In this document: piece after piece, positions 39,336-50,765 of the stretch
Position numbering within the stretch: position 1 is the stretch's first letter
Layout of the letters: every line of letters starts with the position of its first letter
Source of the DNA: Octopus sinensis
Taxonomy: Eukaryota
Direction of reading: 5' to 3'
NCBI RefSeq assembly: GCF_006345805.1
Contig: NC_043000.1
Coordinates: forward strand, 134,292,001 to 134,356,000
DNA: 64,000 bases
Position numbers and translations under genes: made by a program
The notes under the pieces: model-generated
The model's input: only the letters and a program-made list of their open reading frames with translations
What the model was told of the DNA's origin: nothing
Database searches by the model: none

Positions 39336-39752
39336 TTCTTTTATTCTTTTACTTGTTTCAGTCATTTGACTGTAGCCATGCTGGAGCACTGCCTTAAAGG
39401 GTTTTTTAGTCGAAAAAATTTACCCCAGGACTTATTCTTTGTAAGCCTAGTACTTATTCTATCAGTCTGATTTGCCAAACTGCTAAGTTACAGGAAGATA
39501 AACACACCAACATCAGTTGTCAAGTGATGGGGGGGGGCAAAAATAGACAGAAAGACACATACACATAAATATATACATATGTATATATACAACAGGCTTC
39601 TTTCAGTTTCCATCTACCAAATCCATTCACAAAGCTTTGGTTGGCACAAGGCTATAGTAGAAGACAATTGCCCAAAGTGTTACACAGTGGGACTGAACCA
39701 GAACCATGTGGTTGGGAAACAAGATTCTTACCACACAGCCATGCCTGTGTCT
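39336..39752 (-). mobile_element. Family A SINE, full length
   Basis: Colinear with the other A copies. Confidence 0.9.
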
Positions 39753-40542
39753 ATATATAAATGATAAATTTTTTTATTGTTTTTTTTTAAGACAAAATTT
39801 CATTTAATTATTTATTTAGAAAATGCAACATATAGCTAGTCAACTAATTGAAAATAATACAATTCTATCATTCAAAAATATAGACTAGTCAGTTCATTAC
39901 AGAAAAGTAAAGGTATTAAATGGCTTGTGGCTACTTTTATTATTTTTATATAATGGAACAAAACATTACAACTGTTTTTCACTGGATCTATTTATATTAG
40001 TCTTTAATACTAGAGATGAAAACAATATCAGTAACAACAATTAAACGAAATAACAATTAGTTGTTTTATTATTAATAAACAACTGCCATGCACAAAAACT
40101 TGATAAAGAAAAACAATTGATGAATATTCATTTTGGTGACTTCATAAGTTGATGAGTCAGGCATTTGATTAACGTATCTTTATGATATCTTAGTCACATT
40201 TCTTGTAGCTGCATGTATAGGTACCAGTGATAACTAAACTTGTTTTACTTGTCGAAAACTTCAGAGCAAAAAAATAAAATTTGGTGCGCTTTGTATATGC
40301 AGACAAAATGCATTTTAAAAAGTAGTATTTAGTATTTTAGTCAATAAATGAAAATTATCAAATACTTGATGTTGTGTGTTCTATGCCTGGACACAGTTGA
40401 GATAAACATACTCCCACGTCAATACATAATACAGGCACTGGCTTTCATGGCTTCTTCTTTTAACTGATTGGAAGTGTTAATATGTACATGCTTTGCCTTG
40501 GTATAAAAGATGGGCTACAGCAAATATTCTGCTCAATACCAC

Positions 40543-40966
40543 AGATTTGCTTGTCAGTTGTTTGATCTTAACCAGTTGAGCATGTCCTTTGGTGGCTGAT
40601 ATGTGCATCTCTGATCATGAGCAGAAGTAGTTGGGGAGCATCATAGCCATGTGTTGAGAGGGATTCTTTGGGGTTTGAATAATTCACTTCTGGAAACATT
40701 GGTATTTCATTCAACATCCTTAAATAACACTTATTCAGGGATCTTTTGAGTGGGATGGGCTACTCAACCTGAAGAAAATTCTAACTGGGCCCCACCTGCA
40801 AGGTCATGCGCTGTTTATTTTGATATGAGATCACCATGTTGCACACATATGGTTGTGATGCATGTGCCTGGTGTACCCTTATCAGATGGGTAGTCATGAT
40901 GGGTATACTGGGCTTTGTATATTTTATCCCAGTGTCACTTTGTTGGCATGCACTGCTCTCACACTC

Positions 40967-40968
<2 letters not shown>
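40543..40968 (+). mobile_element. Family E repeat followed by (AAT)n; may extend upstream to ~40400
   Basis: Homologous to 30387-30815. Confidence 0.8.
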
Positions 40969-41010
<42 letters not shown>

Positions 41011-41051
41011 TAATAATAATAATTATTATTATTATTACTATTATTATTATA

Positions 41052-41162
41052 GCTGTGCCTATAATAATTGGTGCTTTGAGAGCAGTAAGCAAAGATATAG
41101 ACAAACGGCTGAAGGAGATTGGAACAGAATACTCTGTAGAGCTCCTACCAAAAGTCTGTCTC
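41052..41162 (+). mobile_element. R4/Dong-like RLE C-terminal fragment
   Basis: VPIIIGALRAVSKDIDKRLKEIGTEYSVELLPKVCL, like VPIVIGALG...LQKAxL of R4-type ORFs. Confidence 0.65.
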
Positions 41163-41395
41163 TGTATGTGTGTGTGTGTGTTTGTGTGTCTGTGTTTGTC
41201 CCCCTAGCATTGCTTGACAACCGATGCTGGTGTGTTTATGTCCCCGTCACTCAGCGGTTTTCGGCAAAAGAGACCGATAGAATAAGTACTGGGCTTACAA
41301 AGAATAAGTCCTGGGGTCAATTTGCTCGACTAAAGGCGGTGCTCCAGCATGGCCACAGTCAAATGACTGAAACCAGTAAAAGAGTAAAGAGTATA
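41163..41395 (+). mobile_element. Family A SINE, 3' half
   Basis: (TG)n through to gaaaccagtaaaagagtaaagag. Confidence 0.85.
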
Positions 41396-42985
41396 GGCTT
41401 TCTTGTTTCATATTATTATAATATTAATTACTTGAACCTTACACAAGTTTAAGTGTAATTCATTTTAGGAAGAAAGTCCTTGCAAAAATAGATGCTTGAG
41501 AATAAAAAAAATGGGCATTATTGCTTGACCCGAGGTCATTCTGATTGAACAGAGCCTTAATCAAAGATAATTCATCCATGACCATTCCAACATTTTTACT
41601 GTGAGGGCGGTGTTACCTAGTACTACATTATCTATTGCATGTCTTTCATGTACAATTTGAGAGAGTTTTAACTATTATTGCTAATAAGTTGAGTGACCAT
41701 ATATAATCCTTGTGAATGTTTAAAAGATTTTTGAATAAATGAATGTGAAGTCAAGCAATAAATTCTTGCACGTTTTTTTAAAAACTATTATTTCATTATC
41801 TACCCTCACTACATTCTTAGCTAAAGCTTGAGAGTATGGTAAGATAAAAAAAAAAGAATGTTTTTTTTAAAAAATGGAGCTTGGGACATTAGCACTACTC
41901 CCTCAACAAGTGCAGATGACCCAAGTTCTTTTTTGGAATTCCATCATTCACATCGACCTTATCTTAAGATTTGAAGCATCTGTTGATGATATTTAAAAGA
42001 TTCTGATTGTGTGTGTCATTCATTGCACTTTGGAGCAAAAAAAAATACATTCCAGGACACTTTGTGCATAAACTATATTAAAAATATGGTATTTATATGT
42101 TTTTGCAGATAAATCAAGCAGAATTACCAAGTGTTTGATGTTTTTTGGCAATGTCTGGTATGTTTGGACATATCTGAGGTAAATATCCTTTATTTCAAAT
42201 ACAACGCTATAAACTCCGTTTTTTTTATATTTGTGTTTGTGAATGAAGAAAATCACAAATAAAAATGGAATTAAAACAGATAAAGTATTTTAAGCAACTG
42301 AAAGATATTTTTCTGAAATAGATATCTAAAATGTGTTAATAGATAACTCTGCATGCTTCATTTACATCCATGATTGCGGGATATACAAACCTATTCTTCT
42401 TCAGATATTTCAAACAAATATCAGATAAGTTTTGTTTTAATGTATTAAAACTTTGTGTTTTGTATTTCAGTTTGTATTTTTCACATTTTTTAAATCTAAT
42501 TTTTATTATTTTCACAGTGGACCTCGCTTCACCTTGCTGTTTGAGAATTTTTCATTTACACAATCTTATATCTACCAGCTTTGTAGATGCAGTAAACATG
42601 TAAGATAAGATCAAGGTTTTTCTCAACTTCTCTCATTTACAGCAGCAGGACTCAACTATGAAATAGATCCTAAAGATAAAACAATACCAGCTCTTCACAA
42701 ACTTGGTAGAGTTGTTATCATTCTCTACAAAGCTGTAGTCATCCTAACTATAAGAAGACAATGGCACTTGGGCAAAGCATCATCATCATCCTCCTCATCA
42801 ATTCATTATCTTCATTTAAGCACAATTTATAGTGTTAAATGAATTTTGTATTGAGTCTTTGTTTTGTTTAAACCCAAAATTCTGAAGGCATTGCAATTTT
42901 GAATCTTAAACTACATGCAAATAGTTTCAAAGAAATATCCAGCTTTTGCTATCCCAAACAAAAATGTGAAAATGTTAAATATTAC

Positions 42986-43018
<33 letters not shown>

Positions 43019-43955
43019 ACATCTTCACATTTTAGTAAATGATTCATAAATACAGTTGAATTGTATTTCATTGTTGAGAATAAAAATTCATATTTCTTTA
43101 ATCAGAAACATAATAAAAGAAAGACCCTATTCCAGAAAATACATATACACTTGATATTTCTGACAAAATGTATAAAATTTCATATCAAAATTATTTAATA
43201 TTTCACATGAGAAACAGTCAATTAACAATAATTAAGAAAAATTAATGCAAAATATAATCCACAATGAAGGTGGCTCACAAAAATAAAGTTTATACATGAT
43301 AAACAAAAAGTAAATAAAAGAAATCCACAAGTAGCCATGCTGTGTTTTTAATAAATCAAACGTCATTGGACAGCTAATAATTTGAATGCGTTCATCATTA
43401 TATCCATGAGTCACACAGGGACACTACAGGTATATGGAACACCACTACAGAGTCCTCCCATTTCCTAATGTGGCATGCTGTTTGGTCAATAGTGAGTGTT
43501 CCTAATCAGAACAAGATGACTAATATCAAAGTGTTTAGATTAACGTTATTAGGAAAACAGAACTTAGGGGGTCTATTGATTGGGAGAGTATACTGTTAGA
43601 GAGAACAGATTTATCAATAATACAACAGACAAAGGAGAAATTCTATTCCAACAAATCTATCTTTTAAAAAAAGGATCATAGCAAAAATTACATATTAGGC
43701 TTAATTATAATATGCAAGTTAAGTTAAACAATACAATAACAAACTATAGACAACACACTTCTATTTCTTTGATGTAATATTTTTACTAATATAATATTTT
43801 TATTAATTTTAATACAAACACATACATCTGGCTATATATATTTATCGTTTTATTTTCCCTAGCATGACTACACTTCTCTATTTCCCTCCTATATTTTAGT
43901 TGCAGCTGTAAGGCTAAATAAAAAAAAAAATCCATTGAACTAATCTATGCACACT

Positions 43956-44233
43956 TGGCATTCTTTCGATATAACTCGACAAAATCAAAATATTCCACTT
44001 CGGGTATTTCCGTAGAAGCAAATGATAATTCGATTCTGTTTTCTGCTTGGAAATTTACGGATTTTACATACACACATGACACAGGTAAGAACAAATATGC
44101 CAGGCTTTTTTTTTTCTTCAAGTTTAAAATGAGACATTGCTGGCATAATCTCGTTATATCTATACCCCACAACTCACAGAAAAACCCGAAGTGAAATGTT
44201 TTGATTTTGTCGAGTTACATCAAAAGAATGCCA
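43956..44233. mobile_element. MITE with 50-bp TIRs
   Basis: tggcattctttcgatataactcgacaaaatcaaaatattccacttcgggt versus the reverse complement of the right end, tggcattcttttgatgtaactcgacaaaatcaaaacatttcacttcgggt (4 mismatches). Confidence 0.8.
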
Positions 44234-44364
44234 CACATTCTCAAAGATAATTAGAGAAGCTCATTCTAGACAACATCAACCTAGATATTTCTCACTCCAA
44301 TGCATTACTTCCAACTAATACTATCTGTGGCAGCATCATCCACTTATCTCCTACAATGTGCACT

Positions 44365-44754
44365 GTGGAGGCGCAATGGCCCAGTGGTTAGAGCAGCGGA
44401 CTCGCAGTCATAGGATCGCGGTTTCGATTCCCAGACCGGGCGTTGTGAGTGTTTATTGAGCGAAAACACCTAAAGCTTCACGAGGCTCCGGCAGGGGATG
44501 GTGGTGATCCCTGCTGTACTCTTTCACCACAACTTTCTCTCACTCTTACTTCCTGTTTCTGTTGTACCTGTATTTCAAAGGGCCGGCCTTGTCACTCTCT
44601 GTGTCACGCTGAATATCCCCAAGAACTACGTTAAGGGTACATGTGTCTGTGGAGTGCTCAGCCACTTACACGTTAATTTCACGAGCAGTCTGTTCCGTTG
44701 ATTCGGATCAACCAGAACCCTCGTCATTGTAACCGATGGAGTGCTTCAAAAAAA
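44365..44754 (+). mobile_element. Full-length tRNA-derived SINE (possibly Arg-related) with 12-bp TSD
   Basis: A box tggcccagtgg, B-box-like ggtttcgattccc, A-tail, acaatgtgcact at 44353-44364 and 44755-44766; decayed relative at ~9100-9330. Confidence 0.9.
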
Positions 44755-44967
44755 ACAATGTGCACTAGATGTATTCAACAATAAAATCCTTCATTCTATA
44801 TATAAGTAAAATCTCTAATTCATTTCTCAGCTACTTGTCCATAATTAAAATATTTAATAACAACTCTAAAACAATTAGACATTTAACTACACTGAATACA
44901 ACACAGACACTAATTTGGATGACCCTTCCAAAATGGAATGCAACAGTGTTCTGATACTCATTTACTG

Positions 44968-45358
44968 AAGTTGTTTCCCAACCAAATGATTCCTGCTTTA
45001 GTCCCACTGTGTGGTGCCTTGGACAAGTGCCTTCTATTATATTTCTGGGCCAACCAAAACCTTGTGGGTAGATCTGATAGATGGAAACTGAAAGATGCTC
45101 ATTGTGTGCATATGTGTGTGTATGCATGCACATACATTTACATATGTGTTTGCCTCACCACCACTTGTCAACCAGTATTGGTTTGTTTACATTCCCATTA
45201 CTTAACACTTTCGCAAACAAAACGAAATGGATAAGTACCAGAATTAAAACAAGAAAATAAGTACTGGAGTTTTTTTTGTGCCCCCCCCCCCTAAAACCTT
45301 TAAGTTGGTACCCAAGCTTGGCTGCAATCCAATGACTAAAACAAGCAAAAAAATAAAA
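44968..45358 (+). mobile_element. Family A SINE, older copy
   Basis: gtcccactgtgtggtgccttggacaagtg... tail aatgactaaaacaagc. Confidence 0.8.
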
Positions 45359-45480
45359 GCTGTACAACATGTAAAATTTCATTTTACAATTTCACAGTGA
45401 AATACATAGCATCTGATGTCAATGACACTCGAATTACTTTGACACTCTACTAAGTATAGCTGCATGCTAAATATTGTACC

Positions 45481-45880
45481 TTACTCTTTTACTTGTTTCA
45501 GTTATTCGACTGTGGGCATGCTGGAGCACCACCTTTAGTAGAGCAAATCAACCCCAGGACTTATTCTTTGTAAGCCTAGTACTTATTCTATCGATATCTT
45601 TTGCTGAAGCGCTAAGTTACGGGGACGTAAACACACCACCATCGGTTGTCAAGCAATGTTGGGGGGACAAACACAGACACACACATATATATATAGATAT
45701 ATGTATATATACATATATACGACAGGCTTTCAATTTCCGTCTACCAAATCCACTCACAAGGCTTTGGTTGGCCCAAGGCTATAGTAGAAGACACTCGCCT
45801 AAGGTGCCACGCAGTGGGACTGAACCATGAACCATGTGGTTCGTAAGCAAGCTACTTACCACACAGCCACTCCTACGCCT
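45481..45880 (-). mobile_element. Family A SINE, full length
   Basis: Colinear with the other A copies. Confidence 0.9.
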
Positions 45881-46886
45881 TACATTACATATGAAGACTA
45901 AAATCATAGGTCTCACATACACACGCAAACAATGACGTTCATACTAACTAGCTTGTGATATTTGTTATGCCCATGTTGAACAGATGCTCCCTTATCACTT
46001 GTCATCACACAATGCAGTGAATCAGTGATTAACTCACTGGAAACCTCTAACTAATGACAATATTATTCAAAAATTATGATACTGAAAAAATATAAATAAT
46101 ATACCTGTTCACACATATGTAGTGCATGCACACCTGCACACACACACATACACACACACACACTCACTCAAACAAAAGCTATTGAATATAATGGATACAT
46201 TTTGATGACAATCACGTACATGGTTTCTTCACTAAAAACAAAGACTTAGGTTTATGGAAGAGGAGAAATATAAAATTTCGAATTTCTGAAGTTTTCCAAA
46301 CCAAACATTATATTTACTGAGAATGCATTAAGTAAAGTGACAACAGATACAGCAGCAATTCAGCATCAACAACTAAAAGATGAAGAGACTGGAAAGAAAA
46401 GGTGATGAAGAATGAAAAAGAAATGGTAATGTTGTGAACCATATCAAGTATTAGCAGAGATCGTAGAATAGTTATTGAATCCTCTCTATTAACAAGTATA
46501 GATATATATATAAATCTCTCCAAGTGAAGACTGAAGACATCACTTACCTATGTATGATACTTACATCTATTGTTATACTGTCGTGATAACAAGAAGATGC
46601 TGGAGAGGTTTTTAACTGATACCAAACTAGTGAGTTACTGTTAATTACCTTAAAGCAGGTTTACTCAGCATAATAATAGATAGTTATTCAGAATCATGTT
46701 AAGGGGAAGCTTAAAGATCTCCAATTGCAGTCAAGCAACACAGAAAGTATTTTTATGCTATTACACTGAATGCTACAGCATCATTCCATTAAGAAAAAAA
46801 ATGGTAAGATTCCTATTAGTAAATACGAATAGTATTTATTACGAGTTCATATACATAGGAAATAAAGAAAAGCATCTCTGTCTGAA

Positions 46887-47086
46887 TACTCTCTCTTTTA
46901 CTCTTTTACTTGTTTCAGTCATTTGACTGCGGCCATGCTGGAGCACCGCCTTTTAGTCGAGCAAATCGACCCTGGGACTTATTCTTTGTAAGCCCAGTAC
47001 TTATTCTATCGGTCTCTTTTTGCCAAACCGCTAAGTGACGGGGACGTAAACACACCAGCATCGGTTGTCAAGCAATGCTAGGGGGA

Positions 47087-47136
<50 letters not shown>

Positions 47137-47310
47137 CATATATACGACAGGCTTCTTTCAGTTTTCGTCTACCAAATCCACTCACAAGGCATTGGTCGGC
47201 CCGGGGCTATAGCAGAAGACACTTGCCCAAGATGCCACGCAGTGGGACTGAACCCGGAACCATGTGGTTGGTTAGCAAGCTACTTACCACACAGTCACTC
47301 CTGCGCCTAT
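46887..47310 (-). mobile_element. Family A SINE, full length, CpG-rich (young)
   Basis: Complete head, body and tail. Confidence 0.92.
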
Positions 47311-47336
47311 AATAATAATAATAATAATAATAATAA

Positions 47337-47550
47337 TCCTTTCTACTGAAGGCACAATGCCTGAAATTTGGTAGGGAGGGGACTAGTCAATTACATCAAC
47401 TCCAGTGTTTCGCTGGTACTTAATTTATTGACCCTGAAAGGATGAAAAGCAAAGTCAATCTCAGTGGAATTTGAACTCAGAACGTAGCGGCAGACGAAAT
47501 ACCGCTAGGCATTTCACCCAGCATGCTAACAATTCTGCTAGCTCACTACC
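47337..47550 (-). mobile_element. Family B SINE directly upstream (in sense) of the A copy; (ATG)n 47557-47640 follows
   Basis: Complete B head and agtagaaaaggatt(att)n tail. Confidence 0.88.
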
Positions 47551-47562
47551 ACCACGATGATG

Positions 47563-47613
<51 letters not shown>

Positions 47614-47809
47614 GTGATGGTGATGATGATGATGATGATATTTCTGTATAACTTCTGGAGGAGTTGCCTCAGTCCTATATAATTTTAACAAAAAATGAAA
47701 TAGACTGACATGTAATTTTTGAACCTGTGGAAGGCATGCTAGATGCCAAAATATCATTCAACCAATTTCACATGATAACTATGATACTCTTCTATTTTTT
47801 ATTTTCATA

Positions 47810-47854
<45 letters not shown>

Positions 47855-48394
47855 TTTATATCTGAAATACAACTGCTGTAAGGTTACGATGTTCAACTGT
47901 CGTTCAAATGATGAGTCATTCAAATAACTAGTGTGTTGTTATTGTTAATGTTGTCTAGCTCCAGATTTGCCCCAAGTAAGCAGATATATATAATCAAAGC
48001 AGTTCCAGTCATGTCAATCCCATTTTAATTCAGGTGTAATGTATCAAACACAACATCCAATGTGTCCTTGATTTATTAAAACAACAGTGTGTGATTTAAG
48101 TGATATTTGGTTGTTATTTTTAGTATTAAGTAGAGGATTTTTAATTCAGATGTTATATATTTAACACTACATTATTTGATACTTCTTTGATTTTTTGTGG
48201 TTTTAGCACCGAGTGGTCATATTAGTGTGTCACTCTATTTTTGGCTTATATTGTGTTGTCTTGGAGCAAACTTTGCTTGCTTCAGTTTCCTTGGTTGAAA
48301 ACAGGTTCCAATGTAGCTTTTAAATTGACTTTCACAGGTCCACTGACATTGATAACATTGAAGTTGCTATCTATCTTCAACATCTCTGAATTAA

Positions 48395-48775
48395 TGACCA
48401 TTGGGAGTGGGAGCGAAACGTGGGTTTAAACAGGAATCCAAGGAAGTTGACAGTCTGGGGAAGGAAGGAAGGAAGGGGTAATGTGTGTGTGTGGGGGAGA
48501 GCAAAGTGTGGAAGTATGAGTGACAAGTGAGGCATAGACAGGTATAACAGGTGCAATTCAATGGATGTGGTATGCCACTAGATGATTCTGAGGAGCAGAG
48601 GCCATAGAAGAAATGGACAGAGTAAAGAATTGGCATGTCTTTGGGAGAGAAGTCGGCCTGTACTGATGACTGAATCTACCAATCAGCAGGACGGGTTTCT
48701 TTCAGGTGCTGTATGGGTTGTTCATGTGTGTAATAGCAACAAGGTTCCATACTGGGTGGTGGGAGGGCTATTCCG
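48395..48775 (-). mobile_element. CR1-like LINE 3' fragment
   Basis: FFYGLCSSESSSGIPHPL...FPRLSTS/TVNFLGF, like YxGxCSSEL...VFPxxVNL of CR1-group ORF2; related fragments at 11650 (-), ~54330-54560 (-) and ~54890-55010 (+). Confidence 0.6.
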
Positions 48776-48779
48776 TTAG

Positions 48780-49028
48780 TGGAGGTGCATGACTCAGTGG
48801 TTAGGGTGTCAGACTCATGATCGTAAGATTGTAGTTTCAATTCCTTGACTGAGCAACATGTTGAGTCCTTGAGCAAAACACTTCATTTCACATTGCTTCA
48901 CTTCACTCAGCTGACAAAAATGGGTAATCTTACCACAAGCTGGCATCCTTTCCAAGTAGGGAATTTATATGCTATAGAAACCAAGAAACTAGCCCTTATG
49001 AGTCAGCATGACCTGGAAAGGTAACTTT
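48780..49028 (+). mobile_element. tRNA-headed CORE-type SINE
   Basis: ggaggtgcatgactcagtggttagg head; gtccttgagcaaaacacttcatttcacattgc CORE-like segment. Confidence 0.8.
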
Positions 49029-50542
49029 CTGCTGTTTTTTTTTTTGTTTTTTTTTTTTTTAATTATTATTATTATTATTATTCCATCATGGCTCTCACTT
49101 GAACTTTGTAAAATACCAGCAAGAATTCAAGAAATTTAGCTCATATGGGATCCTCTGCAGACTTAACCATCTTTTCATTACACATGGCAGGTATTTCATC
49201 TATTTTAGAAGCCATCATCTTCATTACCACTATTATTAACATACAAGAAGCAATATAAAAAGAATGTCTTCCTCTATTTGTATAATCTGCATTTATTACC
49301 ACAATTCTTTTAATTTTATCATTACTAGTTTTAGCAGGAGTCATTACTGTACTTCTAACCCTGATGAGAATTACTAATCTATGGGACACAGTCTTTGCTT
49401 ATGCAGTCACTCAACCTGCTAGAAATAACAACAAAATCTCCCTCAAATCATGTCCTGACATCATAGAAAAGGACACATTGCATAATATTGTCCTGGGTTC
49501 CCTGGACATACAAAAAAAAATTTGATGGTCATGGTTGGAATGCATTTGGTCATAGAGCTGATAAGAGTTAAATAACAACATCATCAGTGATTGTGGAGCC
49601 TAGCAACTTTGAAGGTTTTAATTGTTTATTGTCCAAGATTAAAATGGGTGTATACAAGATAACCATCATGTGGAAGCTGTCAACCAATTTATATTTTTGT
49701 TTTTATCCAATTAAATCAAAGCTATTTGTGTGCATGTATATATGTGCATATGTATTTGTATGTATCACATCTACAGCCACAACTCAGTCAAGTGGTCGGT
49801 TCCCTTCTCTGTTTTCAAGTGGTCAGAAATATTACTCCTACATTTTATGTTCAACAATCTAAGTTAGCCTGCTAGGTCAATGATTCTTTAGGTTGTCATA
49901 CAGTAACAGCACTAGAATGATGAATGATTAAACAAACGAGAAATTACATAATCTCTGAGAATAATAAGTTTTAATAAATATGAATAATAAATTGTATTTA
50001 AAATTTTAACTTACAAGATTTTCCCTTTTTTTCTCCTTATCTCAAATTATTAATATTATAAATCAACATCTATAAGAATTGATGTTTCTCTGGTTATCTT
50101 CAACGAATATATTACCAAATTTCACAAGGAGATACAGAGGCAACCCAGAATAATGCAGAATAAAACAATTCTGGACCTGTGGTTTCCTTAGGTAATATAT
50201 TTAAAATGCTATTATTATTAAAATTCTACCTTTAAAATTCATACCATTGTAAAACTTATACATGGCTTCAAATATGAAAACTAAAGAAATATTTATTCTT
50301 TCTTTGTTTTACATTTAAATTTGTTTATATCTCTAAACAATTCAGGTTTTATGCTCCATAAATCAGATAATTTATATGTGTTAATATATTTCCAAAAAAA
50401 TTTTTTTTTTTAATTTAACAAGTCTAATTTATATGGTATAACACCTGAACATATTTGAAGTACAAACAAATTTAATGTGAAACTATGAAAGAATAAATTA
50501 TTTTCCATCTTGGTATCTGAAATCATGTACTGAGATTAGCTT

Positions 50543-50765
50543 CATGTGACAGGAGCCACTATCATTGTGCCAAGGAAGATAATTTTAATCCACATATTTC
50601 CTTAATTCCATCAGATATGCTATTTTACTTAAAGAGCCTTCAAGTTCCAGTGACACTACCTTCTTCTATGACAATCAGCAAATTCTAGGGTCATGCCCTT
50701 CGAATTGCTGGATTTGACCTGAGAAGTCCTTGTTCTCTCATGGTCAATTTTATATTGCATGCATT
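50543..50765 (+). mobile_element. Helitron Pif1-type helicase C-terminal fragment, degenerate
   Basis: AKEDNFNPHISLIPSDMLFYLKSLQVPVTLPSSMTISKF*GHALRIAGFDLRSPCS/HGQFYIAC, matching GEDVFIPRIPLIPSD..FKRLQFPVRLAFAMTINKSQGQTL..GLDL..CFSHGQLYVACS. Confidence 0.85.

Noticed and set aside
42518-42599. Plus-strand exon-like segment beginning WTSLHLAV (ankyrin-like)
   Set aside because: A stop follows immediately in that frame; the other frames resemble nothing I recognise.
44365-44440. tRNA gene
   Set aside because: A and B boxes are present but there is no proper acceptor stem; it is the head of a TSD-flanked SINE. The same applies to the other tRNA-like heads.
46520-46660. Cluster of minus-strand donor-like sites (GTAAGT twice, GTAATT)
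   Set aside because: The implied exons are short with weak acceptors and no interpretable frame; such motifs are common in AT-rich DNA.
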